This document shows positions 12,915-23,425 of a stretch of 64,000 nt of DNA, piece after piece. Every line of letters begins with the position of its first letter. The first letter of the stretch is position 1. The stretch is from Lama glama (Eukaryota): positions 53,942,001-54,006,000 of the forward strand of contig CM052816.1 in assembly GCA_028534125.1 (NCBI GenBank). The letters run 5' to 3'. The position numbers and the translations under genes were made by a program. The notes beneath the pieces were generated by a model. That model was given only the letters and a program-made list of their open reading frames with translations, did not search any database and was not told where the DNA came from.

Positions 12915-13443
12915 TGTTGCGGAAAAAAATGTGTTGCAGCTTTGTGTCACAGCTCAGTTGTGACAGCAACCTGGAACCAGGCGAGGGAACAAGCAGCACT
13001 CACAGAATTGGAGAACTCAGGTTTATTATGCCAGCAGGCCCACAGAAGTTAACACTTCAAGCTCCTGACCCCGTCTATAGGTTTATACAGGCCTTTTATA
13101 GGCTGCCAGTTTTATACTTTGCAACATCATATGCAAATAAAGTACAACAGAAGTTTACCAACCAGGAACAAGCTTTGTAGAAATAGACCAATCAGGAGTG
13201 AGCTCCATGCAAATGAAGTACTACAAATGGACCAATCAGAAGTTAGGAAGTGGACCAATCAGAAGTGAGAGTAATAACCAATCAGAAGTGAGCTCAGGGA
13301 ACCAGAAGAATTCTAGGTGTAAGCCGCTTTAGAGGCAAAAAGTGAGCTAGCGCCTCTGGGCCAGGGAACCGGATGGTGCTGGGAGGAGAGCAGCGACCCT
13401 ACCTAGGGGTCCTGCTGGTCTTTTTATGGGGCTTCCTGCTTCA
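12915..13443 (-). mobile_element. Solo ERV LTR, about 529 bp (ERV1-like)
   Basis: TG...CA ends; 4-bp flanks tgac/tgat; minus-strand TATAAAA (13094-13100) followed by AATAAA (13022-13027); U3 holds repeated ACCAATCAG and ATGCAAAT. Confidence 0.85.
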
Positions 13444-14271
13444 TGATGGTGGGAGACGCTGAGACCAGTTTCTTCTCAGGTTTGAGGACAAAGTACAGGT
13501 AAGTGTGTTGAGGGTGACCGTAAAAAAGGGTGGTCGGGGTGGGGAGGAGTTAAATTTAGGCTGAACAGGAGCCAGCTCTTTCTACTCAGAAAAGCGGGCC
13601 CAGGAGGGGGCCAAGGAGGAGGAGGCTGAGGAGGGAAACTTAGAGAAAACCCACCACCTCAGGCTGCCACCCTTCAGTTTAACTCAGCTGAAAAGCATTT
13701 ACTGGGAACCTAAGAGCTGAGAAGACCTAAGCACTGGAGGTTCAAGATGCACGTGACACAGTTTCCGTCCCTGAGGAAGTCTCAGAGCTGCTGGGGGTCT
13801 GTGTGATTAGCCAGCGGCCAGAAACCATGGTACTTAGGACAGGGCAGGCCCTTCCTCCCCTCCCCACCATTTCTGCGGCCCACTCTCCAGGTCTCTCCTT
13901 CGCACCCTCCCCAGCCCCTCAGCCCCACCCCAGAGAGAACAGAGCTCTATAAGTTTGGGCCTGGCAGGTTCACTCCGGATTCGGGCAGACGGAAGAATAT
14001 GCTCGGAGCCCTAGTTATCTCTGACATGCCTTTCTCCGGGAGGAGTACACAGGCTTCCACGGCAGTGGTGTCGGAAAGTCCCATCCGCCTTATATATCAA
14101 AGCAAACCAAGCCGGCATCTAGCCAGCTGTGCTCGGAGTTTACCAGTGCGCCTGCGTGGTGCAAGTCATGCGTATATAACGTGGTGCTGCGAATGCGGGA
14201 TAGTACAGCTGCGTCACTGGGCACCGGAAGTCTGGCGAGGGAGCCTGAGGGAGTCCATTTTCCCTACAGGC

Positions 14272-14276
14272 ATGAA
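14272..14276 (+). CDS. Candidate first coding segment (ATG AA) of a putative 66-aa microprotein
   Basis: caggcATGAA|gtgagt: G at -3 and a consensus donor, just downstream of the promoter motifs. Confidence 0.3.
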
Positions 14277-14737
14277 GTGAGTGAAGAAACCAAAACATTT
14301 TAAAATAGCTTTATCTTCCATGTTATCTTAGACTCTATTCTCATATGGGGGCATGTAGGCATTGGGATTACACAGCTGTGGCCCCCTACCCTTACTGGGC
14401 TCACTGATTGCTGGTGGGATCCACACGTGAAAGGAAAACCTAACAGCTCAAAAAATGAGCAGAGATATATCATGGGATGATGGCGGGATAAAAGGGTGGG
14501 GGGCGAGGGGCGCCAAGTCAGTCAGCTTGGACCACGGAGAGTTTGTCTCAGAGAAGGCCAGGCACCAGCTGGGTGAAGCCCTCGTGACCCTCCTCAAACC
14601 TCCGACCTCGCCACCTGCCTTGGTCTCAGCACGGAGGCTGCCTCCCTCCGCCCAGGAACCTGCCCACTCTCCTGTACCCTCACCCAGCCTCCCCAGTCTT
14701 GCGCGGGGCCGAGGCTCCTTGCCTTCTGCCCTCCTAG

Positions 14738-14801
14738 AACGGTCGCGCCAGTGCTTCCTCCGCCTTCGGACCTTGCGGTGCTTCGCGGTGACTGCCATCA
14801 G
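14738..14801 (+). CDS. Candidate internal exon, 64 nt (..TVAPVLPPPSDLAVLRGDCHQ)
   Basis: Acceptor ccttgccttctgccctcctag|, donor cag|gtagga; open and in frame with the ATG at 14272; CpG-rich. Confidence 0.35.
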
Positions 14802-14869
14802 GTAGGATCTGCCCCGACCACCAAAGGCCAGCTCCAGGGAGCCCAAACGAGCTGCCTCTTTGGAGCTCA

Positions 14870-15020
14870 TGCTTTGCCTTGCCAAAGCCACTGAACTCCC
14901 TGTTTCTAGCTTCAAGGGACACTTTTCAGTCCTGTTTTACTTGCTCTCTGGCAGAATTGACCACTGAAGTCCGCTTTCTTCTTCAAACTGATACACTTTG
15001 CTCTTGCTTTTCCTCGTCTC
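14870..15020 (+). mobile_element. L2 fragment
   Basis: ggacacttttcagtcctgttttacttgctctctggcagaattgaccact...tttcttcttcaaac resembles the L2 ORF2 RT region. Confidence 0.55.
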
Positions 15021-15047
15021 TCTTTTATGGGCTTAAAAAAAAGGGTC

Positions 15048-15855
15048 AGCTGTATTGAGATAGAATTCATATACCCTACAATTCACACATTTAAAGTGGA
15101 CTATTCAGTGGTTTTTAGTATGTTCATCAATGAGTTGTTCGACCATCACTACAGTCAATTCTGTGACATTCTCATCACCCCAAACAGAAAACTGGTATCT
15201 ATTAACAGTTATTCTTTATTTTCACCTCCTGCAAGCCCAAGGCAAGCACTAATCTACCCTCTGTCTCTGTAGAGTGGCCTATCCCAGACATTTCATATAA
15301 ATGGAATCATACAATATGTGATCTTTGTGACTAGGTTCTTTGACTTAGCATAATGTTTTCAAGGTTTGTTCAAGTTGTAGCATGTGTTAGTGTCATTCCT
15401 TTTTATGGTTGAATAAAAATCCAGAGTATGGATAGACTAGATTTTATTTATGCATTCATCAGTTGATGGACTTTGAGCTATTTCCACTTTTTGGCTATTA
15501 TGAATAATCCTGCTATGAACATCCATGTACAAGTTTTTGTGTAGACATATGTTTTCACAGTTTAGGGTATATATTTCAGAGTGGAATTACTAGGTCTAAT
15601 GGTAACTCTCTGTTATTTTGAGGAACTACCAGACTGTTTTCTATGGAGACTGCATCATATTACATTCCACCAGTCATGTACAAAGTCCCAGTATCTCTAA
15701 ATCTTTGCCAACAGTTATTATCTGTCTTTTTTATTCTAGCCATCCTAGGGGGTATCTCACTGTGGTTTTGATTTACATTTTCCTAATGGCTAAGGATGAA
15801 CATCTTTTCGTGTGCTTATTGGCCATTTGTATATTTTCTTTGGAGACATGTCCTT
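15048..15855 (-). mobile_element. L1MB-type LINE 3' region
   Basis: tattgagatagaattcatataccctacaattcacacatttaaagtg...catataaatggaatcatacaatatgtg...gtggaattactaggtc. Confidence 0.9.
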
Positions 15856-15949
15856 TGCCCATGGGCTCGTTTAGTAAATGTTGGTGTTACTCTGGGTTCA
15901 TTGTTGCCTCCTTTTCTCTTCTCATACACGTACAGACTAATGCCTGCTC

Positions 15950-16330
15950 CTTATTCATTTCCTATTCATTTATTCAATCATAGCTCATTCAACAAACATT
16001 TATTAAGCTCCTAAAATGTGCCAGAACTGTGCTCAGTGTTGAAGTCTGTGAATAAACAGATGAGGTTGTTAAAAAGTACTGGTGTTTGGGCAAGGGGAGT
16101 GGGTATTACTTTACATTGGGTGATTGGGAAGGGGCCTCTTTTAGGAGGTGATATTTGTGCTGAGACCTACATGATAAGGAAAAGCAAATTATAGAAAGAA
16201 TATCCCAGGCCAAGGGAAGCAAGTAAGAGGAAGGAGCTCTGTGTGCTCGGAAAGTGCGACGGCTGTGTGGCTGGGGCGTGGTGAGTGGTGGGGAGGTCAG
16301 AGAGGCAGGCAGGGCCTTCCTGTCGAAGGA
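15950..16330 (-). mobile_element. L2 3' end
   Basis: (cattt/catt)n tail then caacaaacatttattaagctcctaaaatgtgccag...gaggtgatatttgtgctgagacct. Confidence 0.8.
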
Positions 16331-18244
16331 CAGTCAAGAAAAAGTTAGATCTGAGATTCCTGGGATTATTCCTGATATGATTTTAGAGGGAATAGTCAGT
16401 AAACCACAAGCATACAGGTGTCCTTCAAAATTAAATAAAACTTCTCTGTGCCTCGCCCATATCCTAATTATAACACTTCCCACATAGAAGCAAAAAGATG
16501 CTATATCTGAGAATAGCTAATAAATGAAAAACTGGCATGAACCATTACTTTGTTTAAAATAGAAAAATAAAACCCAAACCAGCACTGCAGGGTGACAATT
16601 TATGGTGTTGGAAATGTCTTCAGAAGTCTTTTTAGAGTTTTGTGTTGAATGTTTATGGAAGGTGTAAAATTCTTATAATGCCAGCGTTTTATGAACAGTG
16701 CAGTTGGCAACTCCTTTTAGCTTGATCCCCGCTTTCAGGAAATGTGGATTTTCCTTCATTTATTCATATTGTTTCCAGTCCATCAAAAATAGACACGATG
16801 TAACAGGACAGTCCATTTGTCCCATTCTTTTTGGAAATAATTGCCAGAAGCACTTTACGGTTGTCAGAGCCCCACCGATGTGACTCCCGAGCAGTAGCGG
16901 TCCTCTGTGTTAAAAAGCACATGCCTCCCACTCATCTTTGTATTCCTCTCCATTTCCACCACCGGGAGGGTAATCAGGCTGGGAGAAGCAGCCCTTTAAA
17001 ATGCAGTGCTATGCAAAGGGCAAGAAGAGGGGTGAAAATGATATTTGCAGAACTCCCCAAAGAAAAGGGAAGCATGAACTCCCTCTGTTTAAGAATGAGC
17101 TTTATGAAAGAGTCAGGAAAAGCTTGGGTTTACCAGATATGCAGAACCATATGCGTGCATTAATTAAAGGAGTGTGAAGGAGGAGGAGGGGATCTGAGAA
17201 AATAACAAAGCTGCAGTGTATGCGTGCAATGATTTTTCATTCTGTTTCGCTTCAGCTCTGCCCCTGCAACAGAGGATCTAATCAATCTGCCGGCTATTAA
17301 GTTTGTTAATTGATAATGCATACTAATTAGGCTGTGCGCAGTTACTTAAGAGACTTTGCTAAGGTGATTGTAGGCACAAGTCCAAATGGAGTTTAAAGTA
17401 TTCTGTGTGAGGTTAAAACCCATCAACCAGAATAGATGGATTTTATATTATAACAGAAGGCACAACGTACCCATAAGTATTTAATGTATTGCACAGTTAT
17501 CCATTATTACGTATTTTAACTCTACAAAATAATTAAAAATGTGAAAACAGCTACTGAAAACTAAAACTAAATCACAATGGTAAGAGTGTGAAGATGTGTC
17601 AATGAGAGAGCACTATTTTCTCATCAAAGTAAATGTTTAATTTTCTCATTTGTATTTGGGAACAGTCAGGGTTAGCAAGGAAGGAGGCTTTGTGAGAAGC
17701 AAGACTATTGAATGTGTGGACACCAGAGGCCCTGAACAGCCTCAGATGTCACGTTGTGAGGCCCATGTTTCAAAGGTCAGCACTCCAGAGGCTGCCCAGG
17801 TGACCCATAGAAACACATTTTCTGGGAGTTCAAGGTTGAAACATGTTTATCAACCATAAAATTAACTGCTAGTCCTTTGGTTTATACCCTTTGGAGTGCT
17901 GTTACTTTGGGAATGGGCTGACAAGGACCTCCAGGCATCCTGCAAATGTCCCTTGAGAAAATGTTCTCAAGAAGAATGGCTCATCCTGCTCTGTGTCCTA
18001 GAGAATGAATCAGTTCCAGTTTAGGCCCAAGAGATACATCTAGTTGGGTCCAAAAAGATTTCTCCAGATCAGAGTGACATCTCACTCTGCTCTGGTGAAT
18101 TTCTTAGGTGTTCAGATGGATCAAGGACCAGCTCCTGACTCAGAAATCAAATCACAGGGCTAGCATAAGGAAGGTCAAAATTCCTCATGAGGCTCTAAAA
18201 TGTTCCTGTTCTTCTGGAAGATTCAGAGACAAGCTTCAAGGACT

Positions 18245-18645
18245 TTTTATTTATTCATTCAGCAGCTAACTCTTGAGTAAATCAAATGTTCCAGGCACTG
18301 CACTCCATACTGGGGATACCAGTGATAAACAAGATAAGCAGAGTCCCCTCCCGTCATATAGGTCAGAGTCAAGTGCAGCTAGCACACACTGCCACAGAGA
18401 GCTTTCTAAAAATGAAAATGTATTCATGTATCTGCTTTACTTAAAATGACTGGTTTCTCCAGGATGAAGTCCAGATTCCTTCATATGGTATATGAGGTTC
18501 TCAAGCCTTATCTCTTGATACCTCTTCCTTTTTATAAAGTATTTTTTGAGAAACTTTTATAGTCTAGGCACTGTACCAGGTGTTACATATACAGCAGAAA
18601 GCCAAATAGACACAGTCCCTGCCTACAGGGAGCCCAGCATTGAGC
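18245..18645. mobile_element. Cluster of L2 fragments in mixed orientation
   Basis: ttattcattcagc...ccaggcactgcactccatactggggatacc; cacactgccacagagagctttctaaaa; ctaggcactgtaccaggtg...acagtccctgcc. Confidence 0.65.
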
Positions 18646-19904
18646 AGACTCAAGCTATATCCAGGGCAAAATCTGTCTACAAACTTGAGTCCAAATTAGG
18701 CTGATTCCTGGGCCTTCTGGGTAGAACCATAATATGACAGTTGGTTATTCCCCCAGATTGTGTTACTATCAAATTGTTGATATAAATTATCAATTGTTGT
18801 GTTACTATCAAACTATACTATTAATTTGGGGGAATGTGGGAGAAACAAGTGACAGAGTTGACATTCACAAAAATGCTACTAGATTGGTCTACAAACTTGA
18901 GTTTAAAAAACAGGAGTGGGAGAAAAGCTGCCATGGAATACTGTTTAACAAAAGCAAGGGGAGGTGTCTCTTTTATTTTCACTCCTTTGGCAAACCAAGC
19001 GGTTCCCATAAACAGAAATTTGAAGCTAGCAGGCAGCAGTGGTGTAGATAGTATGCATTTAATTAACAAATGAATTGTGTTCCTACAGTGTGACCATTGA
19101 ACCTGGAGCTGATCTATACTGCTTTGTTCTAGCTATTTTGAGATGACTGAGTTCAATGACTCTGTGTAAGGAAAACTAATCTCTGAATAGTCGATGGAAA
19201 GCATCTAAGAGAAAAAATAACTGGAGGCTCACTGTGCTTCTGGTCAAACTTCCTTTATCAAATAGCATAATATAGGATTGGGTGAGTGAAGACTTTGAAA
19301 GAATAAACCATTTCCAAGAACTACTTGTGCAATCTAGAGTTTATATGAATATATTGAGCACATATTAAAATAGGATACTCATGGCAGGATTGCATAAATG
19401 TGGTAATTAGTGTTTAACAGTAACAAAAGGATTTCTTGTGAGCGTATGCCAATGACACAAGGACTTATTCTTATTGTACCAAAAGATAAAGTTGGATTTA
19501 AAAATTTGGGGAAACAATTAAAAACTACATATACAATTATTTTTCTTTCTTGTTAAGTAGAGGGAAGAGGATCTTATATTCTGATATATTGATGCTATCA
19601 TTTGAATAATTCTGAAAATGAGTAATTTCCTAAGAACTGAGTGGTTTTTAAAATAGATTCAAGGTGAAGGAATTAAGAATGAAATCCCTCAGTTTTGTGA
19701 CATTTGTTCCCCTCAAATGAAGTCTGGTATTTATCAAGACTGTAGAACTGCATGCCAAAATCTGTGAAAGTCATTAGGGAATAGGTATTTTTTAGACTTT
19801 ACTGGAATGATCAGTAAGTCTCTTAGACACTCATTTTTATTTGTATGTATGAATTGAGAAGATAATTATAATAATATTCTTTTCATATACAGATCTTAAG
19901 ATTT

Positions 19905-20285
19905 ATTCATCAGGGTGGGTTAATTGCTATAAGAAATAGTCCTTAAATTTTAATGGTGTCACACATAAATGAGTTTTGTTGTTTGTTTTTTCCTATTTAC
20001 ATTAATCCAGTAAATGTTGGTAGGGAGACTTGGCTCCACATAGTCTTTCAAAACCCAGGCTCCTTACGGTTAGTGGCTCTGTTCTCTAAAGCCTGAAGAG
20101 GATCCTGTGTGTAGCTGACATAAGAAAAAAAGAAGGGAGGATTGCCATGGGCCAGGCTTAAAAGGTGGTGTATGTCACTTCTGCTCATAGTGGGCAGGAC
20201 TTATCAGATGGCTGTGTCTGCTCCAAGGGAGACTGGGAAATATAGTTCAGCTAGGTGCCCAGCAGGGAAAAAGAACAGGTAGCCA
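19905..20285 (-). mobile_element. MaLR LTR (MLT1K-like)
   Basis: tcacttctgctcatag...cagatggctgtgtctgctccaagggagactgggaaatatagttcagct. Confidence 0.7.
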
Positions 20286-21619
20286 GTCTCTACTAAGTAA
20301 GATTAATCCAAACAGTATCTCCAAGGGAAAGGTTGGTGACCAAACAAAGGTAATAAGCTTTCTCCACCCTTGGCTACTTGGAGACAGCAACCAAAACCAC
20401 ATTGTCGTTTTATGAAGTGAAATCTGATCTGCATGACAAGAGTTGCACAAAATAATGCAACAAGAATTCCAACAACCTGTTTCATGCTATTAAACCACAG
20501 TCTGTTGAGTCAATCTATTTTATCAGTTTCTGAGCCCAAGAGAAGTTGGTGTGTGCTGTCATTCCATCTGTGTTTCCCTTAAATGCCTTTGACATACACA
20601 GATCTTGCCCATAACCCAGCACTCAAAGTTCTGTCACCAACCCCACTGATACCTCACTTTTCTGAGCATCAACCTCCAGCAGTTTCAGGTTTGAGGATGC
20701 AGTTAAACAGGCCCCTGGTGACCTTGAGACTGAGGGACCTAACTGGTCTATAAAGGGCTATAAAATCTTTCACAAGCTTCTAAGAACTCAGATTGATCAC
20801 AAATCACAGGTTTATCTATGTACAGCTTCCCCCAATTCATAAGAAGTAGATTATTATAAAACAGTTAAATTAGAATGCAGTTATTTTCTTGACCATAGAA
20901 TCTGCTAGTGGAATTCCTTTAGCTGGCAAACTTCTCTAGTGTAGTCAAAATATTCACTGATGTTCAAACATTTTAGATACTTTTGAGAAGTTATATGGCT
21001 TTTCAGTAATATCTAATGGATCATATAAAACATACTAATAGATAGATGGATAAATAGATATACATGATACAGATTTAACCTGTTATATACCATCTTTTCT
21101 TGTTTGTTCAGCTATGAGAGACCTGTTTCATTTGATTTTGTCTCTGGGAGAGAATTGATTTAATCTTAAGAGTGATTGTGCTTTACTCTTTCTTGCCATA
21201 TTTTCATAATTATTTTCCAGGTAAAAAGTCTTTATACATGTTGATGCATTAGAAATCAATGATTTTTTAGTCTTTGGAATCAAATGTTTTAAGTAGAAGT
21301 GCTAAGCAAATTTTACAAATTTGATACCTCATCTTATTTATTCTCCAAATGAGCTATCTTAAATGAGCCAGAAAAACAAAAACTTTGGGTTGTCAGTTAA
21401 TATGCAGATAAAAGAAAAATTATTTACTTTCAGCTTATTGCTACTATTGATTAAATTATATTAATTTTAAATTTTAAAAATAGATATGAATGAATTGCTT
21501 TTTTATGAAGTATCAAACAACTCAGATTATTCCAAAATGATGTTTACTGCCTAGTACATTGGAAGGAATAGACAATTACTTAATAATTCAGCGTATCTGA
21601 TCAGAGACTTAGGCAAGGT

Positions 21620-21915
21620 ATCTGACTTAGGATTGCATTTGGCTGCATGTAACAGAAGCCTGACATTGAAAGTTCGGTTTGTTTGATTTTTTTGTTATGT
21701 AACAGTGGCTCTGGGGCTAGGTGGTTCAGGGCTGCGGAGGAACCAGGCACTCTCTGTCATCCTGATATACTATTCTTTTAATGTGTTTTGCATCTTCCAT
21801 GGTCGAAACATGATGCCTGTGCTTCTAAGCATTGTATCTGCATTCCAGGAAGGAAGAAGAAAAAGATAGCTAAAAAGTCTCTCTCCCTTTCAGAAGCTTT
21901 CTCAGAAGCCTCCGT
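21620..21915 (-). mobile_element. MaLR LTR fragment
   Basis: ttaggattgcatttggctgcatgtaacagaa...catgatgcctgtgcttctaagcattgtatctgcattccagg. Confidence 0.6.
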
Positions 21916-21917
21916 CT

Positions 21918-22205
21918 GTAGGATATTTTCTGCTTGTCTTTCTGGATCTACTCCTGCCCTTCTCCATCTTATTTGGTGCCTTAGGAAGCTGACCTGTATA
22001 GATTGCCTCTATGGGTCTTTTGCCCTGTGGCTTCCAGAGGAAGCTGCAGCCCCATATACTTTGTGAGGCCAATGGAAAGTACTGGAATGATGTGGGAAGG
22101 TGGGAAAGGAGTGAGACTGAGCAATTTATCTCCTGATCTCATCCCTGCTAGTTCATTAAAATAGGCTCCATTCTCCTCCAAGGCCTCAACCTCTGTCAGT
22201 TAGCT
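21918..22205 (+). mobile_element. ERVL LTR33-like fragment
   Basis: cctgcccttctcc...ggaagctgacctgtatagattgcc...ttgccctgtggcttcc...gccaatggaaagtac. Confidence 0.7.
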
Positions 22206-22599
22206 GAGAGTGGGTCAAGACTAGGATTGGACTGGGGCTGGTGAGAGCTGGAAAAGAGTTCCTCCTGCACATAGCATGTTCACAGCCACCTGCTCTTGAG
22301 TCAAAGTAAAACTGAGGCACCAGTTACTTTGTGAGTATAAGCATCAGACTTGGCTTATCCTCAACCCAGCCTGAGGGGATCAGATGTCTGCAATCCCAGA
22401 CAATTATACTTCACAATACAATCAGACAGCTGAAGCTTGGGTTTCTCCCACCCCTTCGTTGCATCTGGGCTTTCCTCGGGTCTTCCTCTATCTTTCATTT
22501 ATTTATATTTAAATTGGAACTCAAGCAGACAGAACTATTGTATTCTACTGGCTTACAGCATATAGTCTTCATTGTTCATGTGTGGCCCTTTCTTTTATT

Positions 22600-23425
22600 T
22601 ATTCTTGTAATGTAGTAAACACCTGTGAAATCACCACTTGATGCCAGAACTGAACCACTGATGATAACTTACATCCATTTCTGTGCTCCTCCCCTGTCTT
22701 GTCACCAACCCCCTGAAGATAATCACTATCCTAAAGTGTGTGTTTATCTTATGTATATGCAATAGCATAAATGTTTTGTTATATATGTGTGTGCATGTGT
22801 GTATATATATCTTCATAAAACAAGTATTGCAAATTGTAGGTAACTTGGTAACTTCCAGGACCTGAATTTTTTTTTAACATAACATTTGTGTTACTGAGAT
22901 CCATCCATCATTGTTGCAGGTAGTTATTGTTTGTTCATTATTACTGCTGTACCATATTCCATTAGTTATTTGTTCTCGTGTTAATAGGTAGTTGAGTCTT
23001 TCTGGGTTTTTTTTGTTTGTTTGTTTTTTGTTTGCTATTACAAGTAGTGCTATAGTGAACTTCCTTACACACATTTTCTGATGTATGTGTGTAAGAGTTT
23101 CTCTTGGTTATAGAACCAATCTGTCATAGAGGATATAAATGTTCATGTTTACAAAATAATGTCACATTGTTTTTCAAAGTGGTTGTGCCTTTGTATACTC
23201 CCACTAGAAATATGTAAGAAATCCTCCTGACTCACATCCTTTTAACATTTGGTATTGTCAGACTTGTTGAATTTGGCAGATCAAATGAATGAAAAATGGT
23301 ATCTCTTTGTAGTCTTGATTTATGTCTCTCTAATTACTAATGAGATTAAGCATCTTCTTGGACGTATATTGGCTATAAATATTTTCTAGTCTGTGTAATG
23401 CCTATTCAGGTCTTTTGCTCATTTT
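22600..23425 (-). mobile_element. Old L1ME-type 3' region
   Basis: cccctgaagataatcactatcct...tgagatccatcca...ttttcaaagtggttgtgcc...gagattaagcatctt. Confidence 0.8.

Larger units (their letters stand above)
13950..14820 (+). promoter_or_regulatory. CpG-enriched promoter-like region
   Basis: Highest CpG density in the window; kB site GGAAAGTCCC 14073-14082, NRF1-like TGCGCCTGCG 14147-14156, TATATAA 14173-14179, CRE half-site TGCGTCA about 14210-14216, ETS CCGGAAGT 14224-14231, then a splice donor GTGAGT at 14277. Confidence 0.7.

Noticed and set aside
13186..13292. Repeat-spacer-like series of ACCAATCAG units (CRISPR-like spacing)
   Set aside because: Units are short with irregular spacers, lie within an LTR U3 in eukaryotic DNA, and have no cas genes; these are enhancer repeats.
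14448..14915. 155-aa and 116-aa overlapping ORFs in the CpG region
   Set aside because: Expected in GC-rich, stop-poor DNA; low-complexity peptides with no recognisable domain.
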